Positions 39,001-51,000 of a DNA stretch of 64,000 nt are shown piece after piece; position 1 is the stretch's first letter, and the number at the start of each line of letters is the position of its first letter. Location: assembly GCA_029564765.1 (NCBI GenBank), contig JAKQPK010000029.1, positions 119 through 64,118 of the forward strand, given 5' to 3'. The notes beneath the pieces are model-generated. The model ran no database searches. It worked only from the letters and a program-made list of their open reading frames with translations, and was not told the DNA's origin. Position numbers and translations under genes: made by a program. The stretch is from Candidatus Omnitrophota bacterium (GTDB lineage: Bacteria > Omnitrophota > Gorgyraeia > Zapsychrales > Aceulaceae).

Positions 39001-42000
39001 CTTGGGCTCTCAAACAACCATGGATCAGACTGGATGGTTGTTCTCGTATTCTGTCGATATTCCGCTGGAATTAGGGAACGCGATCATTAAGGAGAGCTTA
39101 GAAAATCTTTTGTTTGAGGATCTTAGCTTTACACCCGCAGAGGTCGCTATCGAGGTCACATCGTCCAGCCTTGATATCAAGCGCGTGTTCGATGAGAAAT
39201 TAAGCGCGATCTACACGACAACCAAGCCAGTTGTCGTGGATATCTCTCTGGAAGCTTTTTTGCCCGAATTAGATGACCGGGCTTGCCGTGCTTTGGGAGC
39301 GGGTGGGCTTGGATTTTTAACCGGAGAAACATGGGGAGCGTATAGCGAACTTAATAATATTTTGGCTTTTGGTGTTATGCCGCTTTACGATCTTGATAAG
39401 CAAGATCAGCAGATCGATTGGACGAGCGAGCGCAATATCCATCCTGTTATTCTGGAGAATGGAAATCCGCTTGTTATTAACGTTGTGTTTAATTCTATGA
39501 TCTATAGCGCGTCGATCTTTTGGGTCAACCGCAGAGGCACTCTTGTTTTTCTCATCCGCTGTCCAGAGATCTTTTCACGGTTATATCGCGGCGGGGATGA
39601 GCAAACGAGATATTATGGATTTTTAGCGCGTAGTTTTGTCGAATTAATGAAGCGTTTGAAGATCGCGCCCGCGCTCACTCGACTCAATGAGCCTCAACTA
39701 GTGTTTGTGGCAACAGCCATGGAAAATGATCGCGCTTGGTATCGAGATAATGGCAATGGCCACCACAGTCTTTTTGAAAAGACAAAGATCGTTATGACAA
39801 CGCATACGCCTGAAGCCGCGGCTCTTCCTTACTGGAATCGTGGTCATATTTGCCATGTGGTGGGTGAAGACCTGGTGCGATGGGAGATCGTCTTAGGTGG
39901 AAAATATGGAAATGTTGTCAATGCCGCGATCGGTTTAGCTCGTTTAGCGGATGTCATTAATGGTGTTGCGCAAGAGCATGCCGAAGTCACAAAGATCGCT
40001 GTATTGCCGGAGTTTAAAGATAAGATCGTTGGCATCGTCAATGGATCTGACCCATGGCTATGGGCTTGCGATGATCTGCGTGCACTGTTGGAACAAAAAG
40101 GCAGAGAAGACATTACTGGTGAGGATCTCTTTGCTCTTCGCCATGCGCAAAAAGAACCTTTGAATCAATACTTGGAGAAGAATTTTGGATTCTCTTTTTC
40201 TGATCCTTCAAAGCCTCTTATTGGGCTCATTCGCCGTTTAGTGGACTATAAAGAGCAAGGCATTTTGATCCCGAACTGGCAGCAGGAGTGGGATAAATTT
40301 TTGCATAAAAAGTATGCTGCCTGGATCACAGGCGATAGGGATCGTTTTTATGAAACTCCTTGGGACGCAGAAGTTCCGCTCAAGAAAGGATTGGCAGCGA
40401 ATCTTTTGGTCGGCGGAGATACTTATTACGACAACGGTGCTATCTGGGTGTCTTTATTCAAGGAAATGGCACAGGATCCTGAGCTAAAGGGTAAATTTTT
40501 ATTTGTGGAAAAAAGCGGCATTGAGATCATGAAAAAGGTTATTAACGCCACCGATGTATGGGTCAGCATGCCGCGTTGCACGCGTGAAGCCTGCGGCACC
40601 AGCGATCAGCGGGCGGCGCTTACAGGCGGATATAATATCGCGACCGCGACCGGAGGCCCTCTGGAATACATCATTCATGGAGTGAATGGATGGCTTATGG
40701 ATCCTTTCGCAGGATGGGATCTGGCGCGCGTGGTTCGAGGATTTGATTTTAAGGATCCATGGTTCGTCGGTGAATTTCAGCGGCAAGCCGCTATTCTTCT
40801 GGGCCGTTATCTTCAAGAGGCTATGGACCGTTATTATCGATATACAGAGCAAGGTGATCGCGCTTGGGTGCAAGGCCTTAAAGATTCTATGGATATTGCT
40901 TATGAAAAAGTTTCTATTCATGTCATGGCGCGCAAATACGAGCTTTTGTTTTTGAGTACTTTAAGCGGCAGAGGGGCTGAAGGCTTTAAGCAGGATATGC
41001 TGAACGTAGGTTCTTCGAACATTTCTCTTGCCGTGCGTACGCTCAAGAATTTATTTGGTATAACGATCGACTTGCAAAAACAGACCGTTAACGGTATGAC
41101 TATCAAAGATTTTCTTTTTAATCATGAGCTTTTCTGTGACTGCGCTGAGGCGGGCGAATACAAAAAGCAAGATGAGCAAAATTGGTACCTTACTTTATTG
41201 CATGACTATAACCTCGCGCGCATGTCTGTTGCGAAAGCTAAAAAATATATTTTAGCTACTGCTGAAAAGCTTGACTTAAAGGATGAAACGCAGAAAAAAC
41301 TTGATGGTTGCACAACGAAAAAGGGACAATTGTGGCATCTTTATAAATGGGCGGCGGCTGAGCAATGTTTCACAAGCCGCAAGCGCCAGCGTCAGATGAA
41401 AAAAGAATTGCTCTTTGCCAGGATCGATGTTCGCGATATCAAGCTTGAGCATCTTCCATTGTTTGTTGTTGATCGCAACGGGTATTTTCTTCAGAGTCCC
41501 GCGATGTGGCGCTGGATGACACAGCCGCAACAAGCTCCACCGGAAGAATATTTTTATGCCCGCAAGACCTCCCTTTTTCAGTATTCCCCCAAGCAGCCTC
41601 AACAACTAACACTTAAATTCCCAAGCTCTTCCGCGATCCTTGTCAAGGTCGAACATATTGCTTCCATTTGGAAATATCTTGTGGAATCGAACGCATTATC
41701 CGGCCTGTTGGCACAGTACGGACAAGGCGCGACAACGAAAAACAGCCGGAAGGCGTCTTTTAAAAAAGATCTCATGGCTCTCATCCAAGGCTATGCCACG
41801 TTGGAGCCTGAGGCTCAGGAATGCGCGCGAGAGATCACAAGGCTTTATACGGAAGATGGCAAGGTCGTTGTTGTCTACGGTCGTTATCCAAACGCATTTT
41901 TAGTGCGTATTGCGCGTATTGATTTTGTGGATTACATGACCGACGTTGCTGCAACGACATCTTTTTTCAGCCGTGATATTTCAGCTCGGGTTGATATTAT

Positions 42001-45000
42001 TCGCGATCAAAGAGAGGTTCAGAGCATTGAGCAGGAGCTTTCGGTATACGGTCAGTATCCTTATTTATATGCTTTCATGCGAAGTTTTGCGGGGTATGAT
42101 ATTTTTGATATCGAAGAAAAGATGCGACAGGCGCGTCGCGTTTATCAGATGCCTGGCACATCGGAAAAATCACGCAAAGAGATCCTTCGTTTGTTCGTTG
42201 CTCTTTTAGCTAAAGATAATATGTGGCAGATCCAGCAAAAAGCCCAGGGGATCTTAAACCATATTTTTAGCTTGCGGCCGTCAGAATTTCCATCCGCAGT
42301 TGATGTTCAGATCGTTTGCCCAGGGCAGGCAATTGACATTGAGCCTGTCGTGATCAATATTGGCTTTGATCCTTTTCGCGAAAAAAGAAAGCTCAAAGCT
42401 TTACGCGCCCAATTAGTCATTTATCAATCCAGCAATGATCGCTATGCGCATGTTGATCTCAAGGTCACAGCGCATGCGGATCATCAGGTCAGGCTCGATG
42501 TCGAGGACCGATTCCAGATCGTTGCTGACAAAGGTTATGTTCATGTAAGCGTTCGTTTAGCTCGTGGACGTAGTCAGACGTTACGATATATCGCTTTGCC
42601 GCAAGCCAATCGCACGTTCATTGTTCAGCCGGATATCTCGGGGAAGAAAATTTATCAGCTTTGGCCTAACTATGTGAACGTTTATCATAATGAAGATGGA
42701 AGCTCTCATCACCAGGGGAGCGTTGAGCGCGGCAGAGACGGCCGACCTGCCTGCGGACATTTTCAAATGGTCGAAGCTCTTTTGCCTCAGCTTAAGGCGA
42801 AAGGTTATAGCCATGTGTATGTGATGGGCGCTTATCAGCTGGAGCGTCCGGAGAATATTCAAGGCCAGGCTGGACCTGATGCATCACTGTTCTCGCCTTA
42901 CAGCTGGCGCGTAAGCCGCGAGGCGGGCGGGGAAGAAGCGTTTCGTTCAATGGTGACAAAAGCTAATGAGCTTGGGTTAGGCATTTTGGTCGATGTGATT
43001 CCGCATTTAAATCAAAACTCTCATGAGCTTCCTGAGTGGGCGACTGTCAAGGCTTATGGCCCAAATGGCCAGATCGTGCGCAGACTTGCCACGGATGGCG
43101 GTGTTAATCATGAGGACGGCAGCCCGGTGGAGTGGCATGACTCGGTGGCTCTTAATTTCCGGGATAAACGCGTTTTGGATGCCTTTGCGGCGCTGATCCT
43201 CAAATTAGCTGGGATGGGAGTTGCTGGTATCCGCGGCGATGTTTTTCATAATTATGGTAACGCGTTACCAGTATCAGAAAATCTTCAAGGGCGAGAAAAA
43301 GTTTTTGGCTATGTGACAAGCTGGCAGCGCGCGGATAGCGGCGGATTTAAGATCGTCAATCAATGGCGCAACGACCAGGCCAATCCTTTGCTCACGCATT
43401 TGGTTGCTCAGACCACCCAGCAGTACCCGCAGTTCATCTTTATTGGCGAGAACTACAGTCGCTATGAACAGTTGATCAAATCTGGCATTATCCCGATGAA
43501 TTCTGGGACTCATGACGATTTGGAAAAAGTTATCGTTAAGGACGAACCTGCTAAGCATATCTTGAATGGTCATTTCTATTGGTTGTTCAATATGTTGCCT
43601 TTTGGCGCTCAACTGGTTACTGCCTTAGAGACGCATGATTATTATCGCATTATGGATAGGTGGCAAAGTTACGGTCCACATAAGGTCAAAGCGGCTCTGT
43701 GGGCATGGCTGGCGACGATCAAGGGCGCTCTTTTGGTGTATAACGGCCAAGAAAAAGGAGAGGTCCACCGCATCCGTATTGATAACTGGAGTGAGCATAA
43801 TTATGAAGAGGCGGACCGTCAACGTTATTATGCCTTGAAAGAGTTTGAAAGGGTCAATCGCGTCACCTATGAGGATTATTGGCAGCGATTGTTCAGTTTT
43901 TACCAAGAGAACAGAGAGCTTTATAGCCGCCAAGCCAAGACCTATCTTTTTAATGTATCCCATGATCGTATTTTAGCCTTTGCGCGCTATACCAACGATC
44001 GAAATGCTATTTTCGTTATTAACACCAGCTGGCATTTAGCGCGTGTGACGATCAACTTAGCGGATATCTTTCAGGATCTAGGGATCAAGGATAGCGCCAG
44101 CAGGATCTATCGCGTTTCTGATATCGAGAGCGGTGAAGAAGAAACGTCTTCTGGTCACGGCCTTTTTGTTCATGGCATTGATGTGCGCCTGAAAGCTTAT
44201 GATGTGGCTGTTCTCAGGCTTGAGGATATCAGTGATCAGCCTGGGGCTGAAGAAAGTTTGATCAAGGATTCTTTCGCGCGCTATGAACAACAGCCTTTTT
44301 CTTATCGCACTCAGCATAATTATGCTTCGCGCTGGATGCAGCATGCTCTGAACACAAAGAACAGGGAGATGTTCGTGCAACGCTTTGCCTTTTTGGCCAA
44401 GCTGGTTGATACGGATGACCGTTATAAAGACCTTTGGCCATGTGATCTGACCATGATGATGCATGAGCTGACCGACGAAAGAACAGATGTCCGAGATTTT
44501 TCAAAAACAGTGTTGGCGAGCATTGTCGCCGCCCAACAAGATGAGAAGATCTGCGATGTAGCGGCCAAGGTTTTGCGCTGGATCGATATCGGTATCATTG
44601 TCGACATCTCTCCTGAGGTTGCGCCTTTTTCTAAGGGTGGCGGCTTAGCAAACGTTCCAGGGCAAAAGGCTGAAGAGTTCGTCCAGTCCGGCCTTAAGGT
44701 TTATATCATAAGCCCATTATATTCTTTTAGGGAAGATGAGGCGACTTTAGAGAGGACCTATGTTAAGGACGAAACGATCAGAAAATTCGATATTCGTTAC
44801 GTGAACGTTGTTCCACAGGTCTATATGGGTCGCCATGGATCTGTTCCAGCCGCTGTCGCGTATACGCGCAAAGGTGGCGTGAACTATCTTTTCTTGGATA
44901 ATCCGAACTTTTCAGATTCACTTTATGGCCAGCTACGTGGCAACACGACCGACAGATCTCAGCGCGTCACCAAGGAACATGAACAACTGCGATCGATCTT

Positions 45001-48000
45001 CCTTTCCCTTGGGGCTTTAGAAGCGATTAAGCAGATCGATGTCCATCCTTCCTTTATTGTGGGTAATGATTGGATGTGCGCTCCATTGATGGCGCATTTG
45101 AATTGTGATGCCTCTTTGTACCGTCACGACCCGCATTTTAAGAACACACAAACGATCTTCTTCGTTCATAACAATGGCCAAGATTATCAATTTAAACTTG
45201 CCCACGATCAGAATGGCGTAGAACTTTTAGATAATTTAGGATTGCCCAGAACGGATCACGCTTGGTTTCTAGATCCACATCATCCGGAATTAATGAATTT
45301 TACCGCAGCAGCCATCCGTCATGCCCGCTTTGTCGGGACCGTGAGCCCGGGCCAAATGGAAGATTTCTTAGGATCTGACAACAAGGGCGGCGGTGAGGGA
45401 TTGTGCCATTTATTTCATGAGAAAAATGACCAGGGAAGATTGTTCGCCATCACCAACGGACTTCCGTTGGAAGTTCGCCAAAAAGGTTGGCTAGGATTTT
45501 CTTTCAAGGATGTTGACCGCAGTGACCGCGTCGCTGTCAAAAGGGCTTTAGATGAAATTAAAGCTCTCCAGAAAGAGGCGCGCCAAAAGATCGCAACTGA
45601 ACATCCTGATTTCTTTCCATTTTCAAACGGCACTTCGCCTTACTTGACTGATGATGACCATCTTGTCGTCATGATGGTTACGCGCGTCACAGAGCAAAAG
45701 GGGGTTCATTATGTAGCGTCTTTCGTACGCAGGGTTATTCATTCAGGAAAAAAAGTTGTCTTTTTATTCGTTGGCGCGGGAGATCAGCGTCTCATGGATA
45801 CCCTAACAGAGGTCGCGAGGGAATTTCCAGGGCGTGTTGGCTATCCAGCCAAGTTCGTTTCGGATCAGCAACCGATCTATTATCATATGTATCTTGCTGG
45901 AGACATTTACTTAGCTTTCTCGACTTGGGAGCCGGGTGGAATTTCCCCGATGGAAGCGCTGGCGTTTATGACCGCGGTCTTAGCTTCTGATAAGCAGGGC
46001 CACAAATCAACGATCAGATCCCTTTATATAGAAGCCCTAAAAGATATTTTAGGAGTTTTTGCAGATGAACAAGGTGTGAATGGCGCGCGTTTTCCGATCG
46101 ATGACGGAAATTTTGACAATACAGTTGATAATGCTTATCAAGCATTTGAGACGCTGTTTGCAGCTTGGGAAGATCGTTTTGTCGATAGCAAGTGGGATGC
46201 GATCCTTGAAAACGCCTTTTTCTCTGACAATAGCTGGGAGAGGGTTGTCGGAGACTTTGAAGCGCTATTCAAGAATATCCGTTTTCTGGGGAGGGTATCG
46301 TCATCAATTGAAGATCGCACAAGATTGTTCTTTGATCTGCAGATGCTCAAAGACGCTTTTGATACACAGAAGATCATACAATATATCCCAGAATTCAAGG
46401 CCCTGAGTAAGAATGATTTTCGGAAAAGAGGTCATTTTAGATTCCTGTCTGTTTATAAGCATATCTATCGGGCTCTTTTTTCAGAACCAGAACGCGTGAC
46501 TGCAAGATCAAGACACGATTTTCGTCCTGAGGCTGTTATCAGGGCTGCCTTGGTTTTTCACGATATTGGCGTTGGTGAGCCTAGCAATACAGAATATGCC
46601 TATCTGGCATCCTGGAGCCCAGAGAGGGAAGAAGCGATCGCAAGACAGATGATGCCTTTCGTGGATCCACGCAGCGAGATCGCGCGCCAGCACGTTCAGT
46701 ACCTTAAGCATCCTTACATTTCTGTCGCTATCGCTGATAAATATTTAGAAAGTTTTGGGTTTTCACAACCTGAGATCATCGTTATTCGTTTTTTGATCTG
46801 GTATCATTCAGCTCTTTCAGAGTTTGTCTTGCATGGCAAACTCAAAGACCTTACTTCTTTAGATCAATTTTTGGAGGAGGCTTACGGACTTTCTGGTTGG
46901 ATGGACATTGACTTTAATGATTTGATCGACATGCTTTTGATCGTGCAGTTGCGTGATTCCTACGCGGTTGTCTCCCGCAAAGAAGATGGGATGAATGAAG
47001 CCACTGAAGAAAAGATCCGACAGCTGGCTTCTTTGATCAAAAAAGGATCTGAGGCAAGAATCCATTTAACGCAATTTTTGGACAATATCTCGCGTGAGCG
47101 CCAGAATATTTACGCTCAATATTCTTATCTGATCGACGTCATCAAGCGTAAAGCTGCGCAACAAGGACAAGACCGTATCAGCGATGAACGACTGGCAGAG
47201 ATCTTTTCCATTCTTTATCGCCTTCACGCTTTTCAGAGAAGGCGCCAACGCAAAGAAGAAGGTATCTGGCTTCCAGAGTTTTCTTACAAGCTTTATATTG
47301 AGCATGTTATTGATGTCACTACAAAGCTTGTGTTCCATTATGGTCTGACGGATGAAATATCGATCTTGGAAGCGCTATTTCATGATGTTAAGGAAGACAC
47401 GCGGTTTTCAGATACGCTGTTGCGGATCATTTTCCATCCTCATGGAAAAGGGATCGTGACCGGATTGAATGTTCTCGACAAGACGAGAAAATTTGATTTT
47501 AGCGTACTTAGTTTTTCTTCGCTGAAGAATTCTTTAAAGGAGCAGAGAGATCTCGTTTATATGGCCATGATCTTTGTTGCCGGAGAGCGAAGAGAGCAGT
47601 GCATCAAATCATGTGATGTTTTTTCTAATTTTGAGACGCTCGGCGGATTTGAGACCCCGGAAGACAAGCTTAAACAACTGAAGAAGTTTAGAACATTGCT
47701 GATGTTTCTTGTCGAAGCCTCATACTTAACTGAACAAGAAAAGATCTTGATGCTCCGCCAACACCATGTTTATATCCAGGCTGCTGAAAAAAAGGAAGTC
47801 AGCGAGCTGGTCATAAGCTTTCTGAAGAATTACACAGATGATGTGCGGTCTTATGGCAAGCGCATCCGTAACGCGAAGATTGACCTTAGCGCCCTGCACA
47901 TTTTAACAGCCCTGTATCAAATAACCACCCCCAAAGAGATACTTGTCTCAGAGACAGTTTCTGACTTGGCCCTGTTGGATCCTAAAATGCGTATTTTAGA

Positions 48001-51000
48001 ATTCCTACCGATCGTTTCGATCAGCATAACGCCTGTGATCAAGAAAATATTTGGCCATAAAGGCTTTGTGGCCATTTTGCGGGAATTCTTGCCACATATT
48101 GTTTTAAGTTATTTGCCTGATGAATTCCGTCGCGATATCAAGGCTGATGTTAAGGCGAAGGTCATTGATTCACGTATCCATATTTTTGGCCATCGCATGA
48201 TGGCACAATATATCTTTAAGTATGCGTGCGATACATATCGTAAACCCCGGCGTTCATCATCGAGTGTGTGTGATCCAAGCCGTCAAAAACTTTCAGCGGA
48301 TATCGCCCGTTGGCATGAACTGCAGAATATGCGTTCGCGGATCTTTAGTATGCGCATGCCAAGGATCGCTAAGGATATTTTGACAGCGGTTTCCTGGGTG
48401 CAAGACGCTAGAAAGCTTTTTACTGATGAGGAGATACAAAAGATCCGCCAGAACCCTATTGTCGCTTTAAAGTGGATAGGCCGAAAAGGTATTCCGTTTT
48501 ATCGGATCAATGATGCTAGAGCTGATTATTCACAGAGCATTGTGGATAGGCTTAGCGCCGAGAGCCAGATCGATAAGCTTTTTACTTCTTTTCCTGTGCG
48601 AACACAAAAATTTCTCAAGAGACGATACATAGCGAAAGGGTTTTATTTTTCTCCTGAAAGAACGGCTTTACGCTCTCAAAAGAAAGGTTCGGGCCGGGCC
48701 GACAGGATCTCTTCGAACATCACGCCGATCGTGATCGATGATGTTCTGCCGACACATGGGGACATGTATCGTTTGGCGCATCAAAGATTCGCGCAGATCA
48801 AGAAACCCTTATTTATTTTTAATGTGGATGCCCACGACGATCAGCGGGATAACAAGTTTTTAGACGCCAGCTGGGCGTTTCGGCTTGCACAGGAGAATGT
48901 CGCGTTCGTGCAACACGTTCCTTCCTATCATGATATGTGCGGTAATCGAACAGCAGAGAACTGGAATACGGATACCCCAAAGATCGTTGAGCATCAAGGC
49001 CTCATCTATGAACTCCCTAACCGGAACGCTATTCTCAATGCGTATTTGGCGCTGAAAGAAGACATCGCAGAAACTTGGGTCACGATCGATCTTGACTTTT
49101 TTTCTCTGCGGCAAGAACCTCGTCCTGATCTTCACCTTGGAATGATGATCCCCGGAAAACGTCTTTATCATCTCTCCTGGGAAGAGATTGATCGGGAATT
49201 ACTTGCCTTAACAACATTTTTTGATGAACACCACATGATGATTCACCGTGTTATTCCTTCGATGCCATCTAATACTGAGGAATATTTGAATCTTGATGAT
49301 ATGGAGCTTAGCTTTTTCGAGGAAGAAAATGATATCCGTTCGTATGAAGAGATCTTCGCGGACAAAGTCACACGCCGCATCCATGATCATTTTGGCGAGC
49401 TTTCAAGAAGGCAAATGCGCAAGATCGCCGCTCAGGCCGTTTCCTCATCCGTGAATAATATTAGCGAAGCTTTTTTATTTGGCACATGCGAAAGCGCTTC
49501 CTCAGCCAGCGCACTGACCAATTTCCAAGACGCGCAGTTCAAACGTAGTCTTGAGATGGTGCGGGCCGCTTTTGAAAAAACGGGCGACGCTAACGCTGTC
49601 TTTGATCGTTTTTATCAGTTCGTTGTTAAATTAAGATTTGAAGGTTCTTTGTTCGCGCTTCAGCTTTTCGCGCAAGGATATACCCATCAGCTTTGCCAGG
49701 AGCTTATTTCTTTTGATCGTGATAAGTTGACACCTAAAAATCAGATCTTGCAGAAAATGCTGGAAGGGTATCTGTTGAGCGAGACAGAGAATTTTATGTC
49801 TTGCTGGGACGCTTTTTTGCAAGCAGCATGGGATGCTGCTGATCAAAAAGATTTTGATCTAGGGCGCTTCTGTTTTTCCACTATGCGCGATCTTTTGCAT
49901 TCGATGGCAAAAACAAAGGACGCGGTAACGTTTGCTGTCAGGATGCAGGGGATCGTTGCCGCCTTGCAGGATGCGCGTGATAATTCTGAGATCTTTTTAG
50001 TAGTGAAGCTTATCGAAAGGCTTCGCCGATCCTTAGCAGCCGACATGGAAAAGGTGAAAAAAGGGTCAAAAAGATCGATTTCAAAGAATGAATATCAGAA
50101 TTTTGCCTTTGTCGTTGAGCTGGAGGCAGGTTTTTATGACCATAAGGAGTTCCGTGAGCTTGTGTCCTACAGCGACCAGGAAATGGCTAATTTGTATGAT
50201 ACTTTGGGGCAAACGTATCTTGCGATCGATCCTTACGCTTTTGACATGGTTGAAAAATCTGAGCGTGCGATGAATCAAGCGCTTTGGATCATTCCGGATC
50301 ACCCCCCTTATCTTATGCGCTTAGTGGATATCTATCTATGGAAGATAGGATTTTTTATCAGCGTTTTAGATTTTAATTCAGCTTATGATTACTACTGTAA
50401 AGCTTCTAAGCTCGATCGTATCGCGACCACGCATGGGGCTGTAAGCCAGATCCCAACGATAGATTTTTATTTTATGGTTTTAGAGACTTTGGATCCGCAA
50501 GGGGACAAAGAGAAGGCGCAAGAGGTCTATCGTACAATGGTGCTGCCTGCGCAAGATGCCTGTGCATTAATCGCACTGTTTCGTAGGGTCTTTCATGAGA
50601 ACATGGAAACAGCTTTGAAAGAGGAAATGATCAGGCTTTTCATGTTGTCTCTAAAGAATAACTCATTTTCTCAAGAACAGCATATCATCATATCGAAATT
50701 GCTTCGAGAGATCGATAGCGAGAGCAACCTTCTTCTCCTCGCTCGTCAGCAGATCACCCGCGCGCAGCAGATGATCGCTAAGGGACAATACGAAAAAGCC
50801 GGCCATGCTTTGATGATCGCGGTCACGTTAGGAGCTTCTCGGCGAGAGGTTCAGGAGGCTCAGGCACGCATTGATCAAATCTCGCGCTTATGGAAAAAGA
50901 TCGAAAAAGCGCAAGAAAACAAGAATGTTGAAGAAGCTTTAAGGAATGTAGAAAAGATCCTCAGTCAAAATCCCGGAGATATTTTGGCCCAGGTGAAGCG

